A stretch of DNA of 64,000 bases from Octopus sinensis (GCF_006345805.1 NC_043010.1:7750001-7814000); one strand, 5' to 3'; shown: positions 24,211-37,236, counted from the stretch's first letter. Translations and numbers: made by a program. Notes: generated by a model from the letters alone, not told the origin.

Positions 24211-24455
24211 GTTTAACACCCGCTTTCCATGCTAGCATGGGTTGGACGGTTCAACTGGGGTCTGGGGAGCCCGAAGGCTGCACCAGGCTCCAGTCTGATC
24301 TGGCAGTGTTTCTACAGCTGGATGCCCTTCCTAACGCCAACCACTCCGTGTGTGTAGTGGGTGCTTTTTATGTGCCACCGACACAGGTGCCAGACGAGGC
24401 TGGCGAACGGCCATGCTCGGATGGTGCTTTTTACGTGCCACCAGCACGGAGGCCA
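24152..24455 (-). mobile_element. RTE 3'UTR (family C) with long (CAT)n tail
   Basis: About 19 CAT units followed by the family C motif. Confidence 0.85.
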
Positions 24456-25188
24456 TCACTCCACTATTTGATAACTGGTCTTGAATTGTTTATACCCTAG
24501 TAACATTGCAGTTCAGCAACAGAAACCAATAGAATAAACAACAGACTTAGAAATAAATACTGGGTTTGATTTGATCAACTAAACCCTTCAAGGCTGCAGT
24601 CCAATGACTAAAGCAAGTAAAAGGCAAAAAATAAATAATAGGAAAGTAGCGTAGTACAGTATGAAGAAAGTATGAAGACTTCTTTACAGTTAGGACTACT
24701 ATGTAACCAGTTTAAAATATGTGCACAGAACAGATACAGCTGCAGTTTAGGCTTTCTGGGAAATCACTATGGAATACATTTTATTTCAAAATAGCAACAT
24801 CATTCTATTTGTAAAAGCTGATATTATCTTTGATTTGGTTGATAACAAATTTCAAGACACAAAACTACTTCCTGATAAAGACTGGAATGCAAGTCCTTTG
24901 CTAATTGCACATGGAACAAAATAGTTGAACTGATATTACGAGCTATTATTTCTTCAATAACCAAATAAGATGAGTCACTACATTCTATAAGAAAGACTTA
25001 CATGTTTGCATATATGTAGCATGATGTGTTGAATCACGACTGCATATCAAATCAATGCTTGATTCTTGTTTCCTAGTTTTGAACATATGACTGTGTTTCT
25101 AACCATTAGCATAATGTTCTTTGCTTGACATAAAACAATGACAACGTTTTCGAAACCATAATGCAAAAATAAATCCACTATTTATACC

Positions 25189-25613
25189 GGATCTTTTCGG
25201 TTTGAACGGCAGTTTTTAACATAATTTCTAGGTAACTAAAAAATTTTAAACTTCATATCCTAGTAGAATGTGTTTATAAAACATCTTTTTCTCTTGGCTT
25301 ATTGAGAGAAAATTCTATAGTTTGTAAGATATTTGTTGTTTTTTTTTTCTTCAATTTCTGCAATTTCAACCAATCAGTGGCGTCTATTGAGTTAAAAAGC
25401 ATTCTGTGCCCTATGAATATGTCCCTTGTTTAAGAAACAGATTGGGTTTATTTACATTTGTGAAGAAAAAAAGATACCCTTCCCCCACACCTATCCCTAA
25501 CCCTAACCCTAAAAGAGATTGAAATGCAATAGATCGATACTAGGGTCATAATTATGGGTGACAATTTCATATGACACCGCTAGAAAAAACTGCTGTTCAA
25601 ACCGAAAAGATCC
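25189..25613. mobile_element. MITE with 28-bp TIRs and perfect 8-bp TSD (Merlin-like by termini; inference)
   Basis: TIR GGATCTTTTCGGTTTGAAC(G/A)GCAGTTTT at both ends; TSD TTTATACC at 25181-88 and 25614-21; (CCCTAA)3 at 25495-25512. Confidence 0.9.
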
Positions 25614-25776
25614 TTTATACCTATAACATGATGAAAAAATATTTCAAATTCCATCGTTTGATGTTTAAATGGTTAAAAAAAATACTACTTTAGAGAGCAT
25701 TTTGTTCCTTCTTTCATAATCAGATATTTTTCAAACAAACTGTTTTCTTTGTTTATTGTTATCTCCCCATCAACAG

Positions 25777-25879
25777 CAGAAAATCTCATGTCATTTCTTC
25801 GTTTTTTGACCATTATGTCAAAGATAATAACAGGCTTGTTAGAGATTATGAAGACATATATTTGTCTGATCTTTCACAA
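25777..25879 (+). CDS. Candidate 103-nt coding exon (unidentified)
   Basis: Long pyrimidine tract plus CAG|, donor CAA|GTGACT; frame RKSHVISSFFDHYVKDNNRLVRDYEDIYLSDLSQ joins in phase to the 20714 exon (TG+C = Cys). Confidence 0.3.
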
Positions 25880-26244
25880 GTGACTAACAAATTAATGAAT
25901 TTTGATTACTGGAAAGTTGCCTGTGTGGTTAAGAAGTTTGCAGTGAAATCTTATGGTTTGGGGTTCAGTCTCACAGAGAGGCATCTTTAGCAAGTGTCTT
26001 CAGAAAGTACTGGCTGAATTCACTCACAAAGCATAGCTCAGTGAGTCGGCAAATGTTTTGTGAGTGAATTTGGTAGACGGAAATTGTGTGGAAGCCTGTC
26101 TTGTGTATGTGTGTGTGTGTGTGTGTGTGTGCGTATGTTCTTTTCACTGTTCATAAGTTGAACAACGAGGGTTAGAGATCTGTCTTGGCACTGGGTATCA
26201 AAGAACCTTGACTCTCCTTTCATTGCATTACATTTATCTTTGTA

Positions 26245-26286
<42 letters not shown>

Positions 26287-26669
26287 ATTATTATTATTAT
26301 AACTATTACTACTTCAAATTCCACCAAGGTTGACTTTGCCTTTCATCCTTTCTGGGGTCAATAAAATAAGTACCAGTTGAGTCCTGGTTTCAATGTAATT
26401 GACATTCTCTCTCCTAAAATTGCTGGCCTTGTGCCAAAATTTGAGATCATTATTATTATTGAATGCAATGAGCTGGCAGAATGATTACCACTCCAGAAAA
26501 AAAAGCTTAATGATATTTCTTCTTCTTTTATGTTCTGAGTTCAAATATTACTGAGGGTGATTTTGTTTTACATCCTGGGGCTAATATAAAATTTTGGCTT
26601 TTGTGCCACACAGGCTTTCTGCTTATTGTAGAAAGATTTATTATCATTGGGGGAGAAAAACATGTCACA

Positions 26670-27390
26670 TACACACACACATAAATATTCACGCATACAT
26701 ACCTACCTACATACATACATGCATACACATACACGCACATACAAACACATAAACATTCACACATACAAACAGACACACACACACCCAAACATTCACGTAT
26801 ACATATATAGATGCATATATACGCACACATACATGTAAACAATCAAAGATAGATACATAAATACATACACACACACAAACACATCGACATTCACACATAC
26901 AAACACACACACACACACAAACATTCATGCATACATACACACACACACATAAACATTCACACATACATACATGCATACATACATACATACATACATACAT
27001 GCATACTTGCATACATACATGCATACATACATACATACATACATGCATACATACATACATACATGCATACATACATGCACACACATGCATGCATACATAC
27101 AAACATGCATACATATATACAAACATACATACATACATACATACATATATACATACAAACATGCATATATACATACAAACATACATACATACATACATAC
27201 ATACATACATACATGCATGCATACATACATACATACATACATACATACATACATGCATACATACATACATCCATCCATCCATCCATCCATCCATACATAC
27301 ATACATACATACATACATACATACATCCATCCATCCATACATACATACAAACATACAAACATACAAACATACATACATATATATATATAT
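26670..27390. repeat. (CATA)n/(CA)n/(CATC)n microsatellite
   Basis: Visible. Confidence 0.95.
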
Positions 27391-28149
27391 AGGCTTCCAC
27401 TCAGTTTTCATTTACTCACAAAGTAATATCGGCCCGAGGCTATAGCAAAAGACACTTTCTAATGGTGGGATTGAACCCAACCACATGGTAGCAAAACAAG
27501 CTTCTTAACCATGCAGCGATGACTGCATTTATATGTATAAGAGAATTTTAAAACAGATTATGGAATTTACTGAATGTGAAATTTTTTTTTTTTTTTTTTT
27601 AAACCAGATAATATTCTTTAAACTTCATAAATGTTTATTTTGCTTATTTCTCTACCGAGTAATTACCTCGTCACAAACATGCATTCATTATTTCTTGCAC
27701 TCACAATGTAAGGTTTATATATTCCATCTTTTGAACTTTGCAAATATATATATTTTTTTTTTCTTTTTTGTCCCAGATTTTTTTCTTGTGCCTTTAGCAG
27801 CTAATTAACTGATATTCATTATACTGCATTCATATTTCTTATTTGCATAAATATGCATTTAGGAAAAATAAAAAATAAAAAAAAATATATAAACTTCTTT
27901 CGCTATAACAACAAAGCAATTTGCTGAGGTAGCCCATTATTCAGGAAGTTTACTAAAAAAGGTATCTCAGATCTAGAACATTTTACATATTTTCTTGTAT
28001 CATAACCATGACTTGAAGGGCTGAAGCCATCGTAAATCCAGTAAATCTGATTTAGCTTTCAAGCTAATTTGCTTGGTTGTCATGACATCTGCAATCACTG
28101 ATCTGGTCTATTCTCAAACAGCTAATGGACCAGAAAGACATATTCATTA

Positions 28150-28490
28150 TGGGAGGAGATGGTCTTGAACTTAAGCAAAGCAGATTGCATGATGCTTCCA
28201 GACCTAATTGATGTGGTAGCATTCAAAGTACCTTGTTCCAGTGAAGCACTTTGATTGCTATTTTGACTAGACAAAGCACTCGACTTTCCCAGCCGTCAGC
28301 AAAAATGTTACAAACTTTGAGGCTGTTTAAACTATCCTTAAAATATCTTTCTAATGCTAGTCACCTTGTGAACTCTGGCAACTGGCTAGTTGCCATAAAA
28401 AAGGGCATTTGGTATCTGAATGGTCTCCATTTAAACAAAGTGTCCATCTGGAACTGAAATTTCTTCACATGTTTGGCCGTACCATACCCA
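28150..28490 (-). mobile_element. Decayed RTE LINE ORF2 C-terminal fragment (third family)
   Basis: Minus strand with frameshifts: QIPNALFYG, LASCQSSQG, YFKDSLNSLKVCNIFADGWES (RTE ..PK.LFYGEL...KRYKD.LK...WE pattern). Confidence 0.5.
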
Positions 28491-28535
28491 GGTATTACTA
28501 TCATGTATTTATATATACACACATACATAAATATA

Positions 28536-28596
28536 TAGAGACAGACAGACAAATAGATAGACAGACAGATAGATAGATAGATAGATAGATAAATAA

Positions 28597-28628
<32 letters not shown>

Positions 28629-28706
28629 ATAAATAGATAGATAGATAGATAGATAAATAGATAGGTAGATAGATAACTAAATTGATAGATAGAGATAGAT
28701 AGATAC

Positions 28707-28778
<72 letters not shown>

Positions 28779-28841
28779 GTAGGTAGGTAGGTAGGTAGGT
28801 AGATAGATAGATAGATAGATAGTTAGATGGATGGATGGATG

Positions 28842-28903
<62 letters not shown>

Positions 28904-28921
28904 CAGATAGATAGATAGATA
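28536..28921. repeat. (GATA)n array with GGTA/GATG variants
   Basis: Visible. Confidence 0.96.
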
Positions 28922-29646
28922 ACTTTCTTTATTGGCCACACAGGGATGAACACAGAGGGGGCAAATACAAATATAGAGTTTTTCTTTATGAAAATGGAAA
29001 AGAAAAAGGGGAAAAAAGGGAACAAATGTAAAATTCCGATCAAATGGGATCAGGGAAAAAAAAAGATAGATAGATAGATAGATAGATAGATCAATGGATA
29101 GCTATAGACATATGCATGTATGTGTGTGTATGATTGTATATACATATGTGTAGAAGTACAAGTCTATGTATGCATTTTTATATGTATGTACATACTAGAG
29201 ATGTAGGAGTGAATCTACTTATAAATACATGTATGAGTGTTTCTTTGTTTTGCAATTATGTATGCGTGAAAATATATTTTTTTTATTGTATTTACAACTT
29301 GAGGGCATTCTTTTAACATAAACACATGCACTGGTTGTAATACATCTTTTCTTTTATTAATTAATTAAGCTATTCATACATTTATTGATTGGTTTGTCAT
29401 GTCTTTCACTAAACAACTACCCTCTTCTCAATGATACCCAGCCCTCCAATTGTCCTCGCTTCCTTTTCCACATTTAGTATTTATAAGCGTTTAATAATGT
29501 GTGTGTTTGTGTGAGCGTGATTGAAATTGAGAGAGAATGACATGTAGGTGCATGTGTGTGTGTGTGTGTATGTATGTGCAAAAGTGTGTAATGGTAAGCA
29601 GCCACATATTCATGTGAGCATTGGTTTCCTAAATGATAGCAAGTGT

Positions 29647-29768
29647 CTTATTCTATTGGTCTCTTTTGCTGAACCGCTAAGTTACGGTGACATAAACACA
29701 CCAGAATCGGTTGTCAAGCAATGCTAGAGGGACAAACACAGACACACAAATATATACACACACATACT

Positions 29769-29816
<48 letters not shown>

Positions 29817-29972
29817 TACGACGGGCTTCTTTCAGTTTCCATTTACCAAATCCACTCACAAGGCTTTGATCGGACCGAGGCTATAGTAGAAGACACTTGC
29901 CCAAGGTGCCACACAGTGGGACTGAACCCGGAACCATGTGGATGGTAAACAAGCTACTTACCACACAGCCAC
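29647..29972 (-). mobile_element. SINE family A (tail and head ends trimmed)
   Basis: Match to family A. Confidence 0.86.
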
Positions 29973-30080
29973 ATTTTCATTTTCAATTATTTTTGTGTAA
30001 CTTTAAGCAATTTCCACTCATATACACTCACATGTGAATGTGTATATATGTGTGTATGTATATATATATATATATATATA

Positions 30081-30944
30081 CAGGGTGCAGTGAATAAACG
30101 GTCGTCTAAATTATGCAAAAATGATAATAACACTAACATCTCATTTTAACAGATATATTTACCAAAATTACATAAAAATATCTTGAAATACTAAAGAGTA
30201 AATGTATTCAAAAAAATTGCCTTTGGCTACATCCATGGACTCCAAATGACTTTGGAATCTCCTACAACTCTTGTTTAAGTTGGTGAATGCTGCCAAAATT
30301 CTTACCTTCAGTTCATCTTTGGTATTAAAAGGAGTTTTGTTGGTCTCTTGCTCAACTGCACCCTACACATAATATTTAAGGGGACTAGAGTCTGAGGAGT
30401 TAGGTGACCAGATGTTATCGGTGATGTGGTCACAGAAATTCAGAAATTGTCTGACAGCAATGATTAGGTTCTCTGCTTGTGTGGCATGGTGCAGATTCCT
30501 GTTGCCAGACATAGGGTCTTCTAGCAGCCACCCTCTTGACCCAGGGCAGCACTACCTCTCCAGGTATTTGATGTAGGCCTCCATTTTGAGTGTGAGTCTG
30601 TGTGGGAAGATGGAGGCATAATGTCACCATCACTAGTGATCACTCCAGACACTATGATGTTGACTGGATGTTTCATTTTTTATCACTCTCAGTACATGTC
30701 CTCAGATTGCGCTGTCCTCAGATTGACACCCAAACGTTCTGAAGTGTTCACATAGGAATTTCTGGCATGAATGCCAAGCAGTACAGCATGTTGTTTCCAA
30801 ATTTCTGGTAGAGTGAATTGTCATGGTGCTGTTTTTCTCACAGACAGTGCCCAACTGACTCTACTATACTACATATCAAAAACAAATAATCTGCATGCAT
30901 GAAAGTGAAAATATAAATGGTGACAATTTACCCATCGCACCCTC
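30081..30944 (-). mobile_element. Internally deleted Tc1/mariner (maT-like) transposon with both TIRs and TA TSD
   Basis: TA|CAGGGTGCAGTGAATAAA ... TTTACCCATCGCACCCTC|TA; fragments PEIWKQHAVLLG (N-terminus) and VVLPWVKRVAARRPYVWQQESAPCHTS (catalytic-domain QQD(S/G)APxH-type motif). Confidence 0.85.
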
Positions 30945-31101
30945 TATATATATGTATATAAATGTGTGTGTGCATGTGTGTATGTGTATATATATATATA
31001 TATATGTGTGTATGTGTGTATATATATATAAGTATATATATATGTATATATATATATATTTGTATGTATGTATATGTATGTATGTATGTGTATATATGTG
31101 T

Positions 31102-31132
<31 letters not shown>

Positions 31133-31230
31133 GTACACATAAATACGCACATACGCACCATATACATATATATATATATATATATATACACATACTCACA
31201 TATATATATAATATATATGCACACAAATAC
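30945..31230. repeat. (TA)n/(TG)n microsatellite
   Basis: Visible; starts at the mariner TA flank. Confidence 0.95.
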
Positions 31231-31424
31231 GTGCACTTTTATTATTGTTTATTGTTGTAATGTTCTGTCATCTGAGGAGATAACAAGACTTAAGTTGTTT
31301 TCTTTTTTATTGCCATCTGTGTTTTACAAAGTGAAAATAATCCAAGCCCTGTTATCTACAAAGATGACAGAACAAAATATATATGACTAAATATATAAAC
31401 AAAAAACAATAATATGTCTCTCAC

Positions 31425-31688
31425 TCTATTGATCTATCTATCAATCTATCTACCTACCTAACTACCTACCTACCTACCTATCTATCTACCTACCTACCTA
31501 CCTACCTACCTACCTACCTACCTACCTACCTACCTACCTACCTACCTATCTATCTATCTATCCATCTAGCTATCTGTTTATCTGTCTATCTATCTATCTA
31601 TCTATTTATCTATCTATCTATTTATCTATCTATCTATCCATCTATCTACCTATTTATCTATCTATCTATCCATCTATCTATCTAGCTA

Positions 31689-31770
<82 letters not shown>

Positions 31771-32090
31771 CATCTAGCTATCTATTTATCTATCCCTCTA
31801 TCTAGCTATCTGTCTGTCTATCTATCTATCTATCTAATGATCGATTTAACTATCTCTCTATTTGTCTGTCTGTCTGGCTGTCCTTCTGTCTGTCAGTCTG
31901 CCCATTAATCTAGTCATCTGTCCCTCTGTTTCTTCTTGCATCTGTCCGTCCATCTCCCTGTCCCTCCTCCAGCCCTCTTTTTGTCCATCTTTGTCCCTCC
32001 CTCCCTCCAGCCCTCCTTTTGTCCATCTATCCATACACCCATCCATCCGTCTATCTGTACATTTGTCTGTCCATCTATCCATTCCTTCAT
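31425..32090. repeat. (CTAT)n/(CTAC)n array grading into degenerate TCTG/TCCA repeats
   Basis: Visible. Confidence 0.93.
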
Positions 32091-33110
32091 CTATGTATGT
32101 ATGTATTTATGCAAGTATGTATATGGATATGGCTGAGCATACATCTACGTAGTTATACACAGTTAAAAAAAGGACAGGTTTTGTGATGCGAAAAGGTAAA
32201 ATAGAACTAAAAACTTGAATATATATATATATATGGGTTTTTTTTAGTAATATTTAGCAGAGGCGAGAAAAAAGTGTTTATAACCATGTAAGTATTGCAA
32301 ACAATGCATGAAAAAGACCTCACTTCAAATGTAGATCCTGGTGTTTTGTGTGTGTGTGTGTGTAGAGGATGTGTGTGGTGGTGCGTATGAGCTATGCAAA
32401 ACTAAAAAAAACTAAGAGATGAAGAATGTGTTGGAAAAAAGAAAAGAAAAATAATTTAGCAGTACATAAAATGCTGGATCGAAAAATAAAATCAAGCACT
32501 TTATATCAACAATATATATATAAAGAGGAAAAAAAACAGAATAAGTGGAAAGAAAAAAAATAGTAAGGAATCACTTTATAATATATAATGTTAAAATAAG
32601 ACACAAATAAACTGTACATTTGAAAACAAGAAAAGACTAGAAAAGAAAGGGAAAAAAAATAATAATGTTTTAGAGTAATCGTATAATGTTTTGATATAAA
32701 ATGGCTTTGTAAACAATAATTGAAAAGCATTATGAAAATATAAAATTAATTATACAAAATTACTGATGTGTGATTATTCAATTATATGGAATGGGGTAGA
32801 TAATTCTATAGAATTTTGGCAAATAATTAATAATATATCATTAATAGTGGTAAGTATTATATTACTTTATTAGAAATGTTTGTGATGTTTGGGCTTACAA
32901 ATGAATTTAATTCATATAAAATACAAATGAATAAAGTTTGAAAATGGTGTCAAATAGTCATTTTGTTCATTTGTCTATCTAAATGGTAGTTATTTGTGCC
33001 CAAAACCTGTAAATATTATACAAAGATTGCGTTACACTTGAGGAATATTTGTTTACATATTTGTCTCTCTTATTTCAAGCCAAGATATATGTATATATAT
33101 ACAAATATAC

Positions 33111-33163
<53 letters not shown>

Positions 33164-33200
33164 ATATATATATATACATCATAATATATACATATAATAT

Positions 33201-33237
<37 letters not shown>

Positions 33238-33239
<2 letters not shown>

Positions 33240-33357
33240 ACGTGATCACCATGACCGACCAGGCTATCAGACGTTGCTACACATCGTTGGTCACAATGTG
33301 CTTCGCATTGTTTTAGCCTTCAAATGACGCCACCTCGCTGGCTAAACGAGCAGGCCA

Positions 33358-33359
<2 letters not shown>
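33238..33359 (-). mobile_element. Tail module of SINE family D (5'-truncated)
   Basis: ATCACCATGACCGACCAGGCTATCAG... shared with 3484 and 37237. Confidence 0.75.
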
Positions 33360-33388
<29 letters not shown>

Positions 33389-33536
33389 AATTGAGGTTAT
33401 AAGAGATAATGGTGACATTGAGACCCAAAAGGTGTCAGGTAATGCTGAATAAGTGCTATAGACAGACCGTAGTGAAGTTCCAGGTTCGCTAATATTGCGA
33501 ATAAAGGGTTCAATGTTGGTTCTATGTCAGCGTGTG

Positions 33537-33668
33537 TATATAAGAATTTTTGCATAATAAGATAAAAAAACCAAGGCTGTATAGATATTAGAGCATTTAT
33601 AGATTACATATGCTCTAATATCTATACAGCCTTGGTTTTTTATCTTATTACGCAAAAATTCTTATATA
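33537..33668. repeat. Near-perfect inverted repeat (~60-bp arms, 13-nt loop)
   Basis: Arms 33537-33596 and 33610-33668 differ by one substitution and one A indel. Confidence 0.95.
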
Positions 33669-33672
33669 TATG

Positions 33673-33704
<32 letters not shown>

Positions 33705-33945
33705 AAAACGTAGGTTGTTCAGATGAGGTAGTTGTGTGGAAGGGCAGCAATTTCATTGCTCTCTTCTTCTTAGTGATCACCAACACAGGTACATGCCTAC
33801 TGATCCTACAAGGCCAAAGAGTCCTCGATGTGCTGCTGCCACCTTGTCTGTCTGGATGTGAGCGCCCTCACCTTTATGCCCTGGCAGCCATCAGGCTCAC
33901 TCATTCATTTGTACATATACATTTATAAATATATATATATATACA

Positions 33946-33990
<45 letters not shown>

Positions 33991-34997
33991 GTGATTTTGC
34001 TCAGGCATAGTGATACTATGAACCAGTCATTTGCACCCTATATATCTATACTTTTGAGTAAAGCATGAGACAAGTACAGGGCCTAATGTCAATTAATGAA
34101 TAACAATGACAAAAGAACATAAACACCTTCATTAGCTTACAGCTGTTTCTGTTGTAAGAAACAGTGCACTCGTAGTGAGTACTTGAGCAACATCCTAAAG
34201 CTTCTTCAGTGCAATTAAAATCAAGTGCATGTTTATTTCAGAAAGTATTACATAACTCCTGTTCTTTAATCAGTCATTAATTGACATGCATATATATCCT
34301 TAATTTATTTCTTATTATGTAGTACTGTATCCATCAATTAATTTTACTTTCCCTGAAGTGGGGGAAGGTGTATTAGTACATATTGTTATCCTATTGAGAT
34401 TGAGTCTGTCTGCTTATTTGTACACTGATTCCGTAACTTGAGAAAGCGTCTGTCCCTATATATATATATGCATTGACAGAATACTTTTACACAGAGGAAG
34501 TATTTACTTAATTATTTTACATCCACCTTTAGGTATGAAGAAATAATTGGGTCTGCCAAAACACTTATAAAAAACACTTCACACATTTCTAACACAGATG
34601 TACACTTTTGTATGAAAGCACAGACATGCATTATAGCATTTTGGCAAAAAAGACTGTTAGAATAAGTATTATATATATATTATTCATAATAAGCTCTCAG
34701 TCTTATCATTAATGGTGCAAAACTGAGTATTATCAATTGGTTGATAACTGATGAAGAATTAGGGACCTTCTGTGTTTGTCTCCCATCTGGATGTACGATA
34801 TATGATATGTCTTTGTTTATGTACCATACATTTTTCATTTATCAAGTAATGTAATGCAACACACACCGAATTTATATATATATATATTTTTATTATTGTT
34901 ATCGAACAGATTTTCTACGCCAGTGACTGTGTTTACTGTGAAAATCTATATATTTCTAGCCTGTGGAGGAAGTCCCTCAACGAAGAACGGTGCTTGC

Positions 34998-35040
34998 CAT
35001 GCGCTGACGAGAGGCGACTACCTCGAAACCGGTCCGTGTG
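34998..35040 (+). ncRNA. Type I hammerhead ribozyme, canonical core, GUC site (cleavage predicted after 35034)
   Basis: CATGCG-CTGACGA-GAGG cgacta CCTC-GAAA-CCGG-TC-CGTGTG: all conserved core positions present, G10.1-C11.1, palindromic ACCGGT stem III, 6-bp stem I extended by a long rod (34956-35085). Confidence 0.85.
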
Positions 35041-36614
35041 TAGCATCCGTATCTTCGGGGAGGCTGATCTCCCTTTACAGGCTAGCAAGGACACCGTGAT
35101 GGTGTCGGCTCTTCTAGTGACGTCTATAGTCGCCTGGGGCTAAATGCATCAGTAACACCCCCACCACCCCGCCCTGTCCCTAGCCACATTCAGATGGCTG
35201 ATCCCGCTTATATTACAGAGCAGTTACTGTTTATACCTCGCTCAGAGATTTATTATTGTCTACTATATACTGTTTTCTTTGTATTCAACTTCCTGTACCA
35301 GTTGTATTCAGCTCTTGTTGATGGGGAGTTATTTATCCTCCACTTTATGGTCTTTCTTAGCCATATTTTTGGACACAATTTCTTCCAAAGGCTGTGTATA
35401 TATATATATGTCTTCTTGCTAGGGGGTCTATGAAATTTTTATTGCTTATGGCTGTGTAGATAAGAAGTTTGCTTCTTAATCATAAAGTTTTGAGTTCAGT
35501 TTCATTGCACAGTTTCTTGGGCAAAGTTCTTTTACTATAAGCCTCAGTTAATCCAAGACTTATGAGTGGACTGGATTGATAGAAAATGTGAAAAACACCC
35601 ATCGTGTGTGTGCGTGTGTGTATGTGTGTGTGTGTGTTTACATCTGCCACTCACTTATTCTGAAACCAAAACATTTGTGCTGTGTTCTGTTGACATGTCT
35701 CCTGTCTATAAGCCACTCAGATGCTTTGTACTGCTTTTGAAAGCATACGGAATTCTAGATTTCTTACTTGATAAACAAATGTTAGCATCAGGAAGGCATC
35801 CATCTGCAAAACAATACCTCAGTTGTCATGTTCTTATAAGCCAAGCTAGAATGGTAAAATCAAATGTAAAAACAAATGAATGAAGTGTAGTAGAATTTTA
35901 ATAGAATCGTTTCAATAACTAACTTAGTTATCTTAAGGTAATATTCCTTGAAAACAGAAATAATTCTCAGCTCCATAGAATGTAGTAATAAAACTGTGCT
36001 TGATGGAATGAAAGCAACTTCAGCCAGCATAGACATTTGGAGAGAATTGAGATTTGAAAGATAACCAAAGGCTCAAAATTATTCTTCCCACATTAACACT
36101 TGACAGCAAGGCAGAAATTTCCAAAGAACCAATGAGGAAGCAAATCCTGTGTAACTTAAAACTTTATAGTTAGATTTCTTTATAATGGGCAGACAAGATT
36201 TTGAGACATTCATCGTTCTTGGAGTATCAGAATTATAAACAAGCAAAGATTTAATCATCAATTCTTCTAACAGCAAGGTAAGAAAATCTCTGGTTACTAC
36301 ATACCTTGGTACATTTTACCACTTTTAAAATAAAAGTTTTAAAAGGTGAACTCCGCCAACATAGCCTACATCAATTTGGTTACCTTAAAAAACCATACAT
36401 TTTGTGGATATTTAGTGGCTTTAATAATAACCTTCCATAAGTCTGGGAATGAAGTTTGCTTAGTAGGTGCAAACCCAGGTTCAAAATTTTCTGCAAACAA
36501 GGTTGATATTTTTCTCATTCTTGATATCCAAACAAACACAGGTACAATAATAATTGTTATTATTCTATTTGTACATTAATCAAATCAGATAAATCCAATG
36601 ATCTTTTCTACTCT

Positions 36615-37006
36615 TGGGACAAGGCCCTAAATTTTTAGGGAGGGGGCCACTCGATTAGATTGACCCCAGTACACAAGTGGCAAGTGGTACTTAATTTGTC
36701 GACCCCGAAAGGATGAAAGGTAAAGTTGACCTCAGTGGAATTTGAACTCAGAACACAAAATCAGATGAAATACTATTTCTTTATTGCCCACAAGAGGCTA
36801 TAAATATAGAAGGGACAAACAAGGACAAACAAACGGATTAAGTCGATTACATCGACCCCAGTGCATAACTGGTACTTAATTTATTGATCCCCAAAAGATA
36901 AAGAGCAAAGTCGACCGCGGCGGAATTTGAACTCAGAACGTAGCGACAGACAAAATGCGGCTACGCATTTTGCCTGGCATATTAACGTTTCTGCCAGCTC
37001 ACTGCC
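36615..37006 (-). mobile_element. Two nested/tandem SINE family B copies (partial 36615-36773, full 36774-37006)
   Basis: Family B motifs repeated twice; the junction falls at the internal GAAATAC. Confidence 0.82.
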
Positions 37007-37236
37007 TTTAGATAAATCCAATAATAGAAAAGTAATGTGTCTAATCAGTCCAAAAATGTTTCTATGTTCATTTGTTTTGGCAATGGAAATTTTCAGGGGG
37101 CATTTTATGGCATTTTCATTGCTCCTCAAAAATTTATTTACATCAACCCCAGTGCATAACTGGTACTTAATTTACATGCATGCATGTATGTATGTATGTA
37201 TGTATGTCTATATGGTTATATATATATATATATATA

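Noticed and set aside
25495-25512. Telomere or chromosome end
   Set aside because: Only three units, inside a MITE.
34138-34209. Minus-strand GAAACAGCTGTA with upstream stem and CTGAAGA
   Set aside because: Core spacing is wrong (10 extra nt, or a decayed core); counted only as a possible relic.
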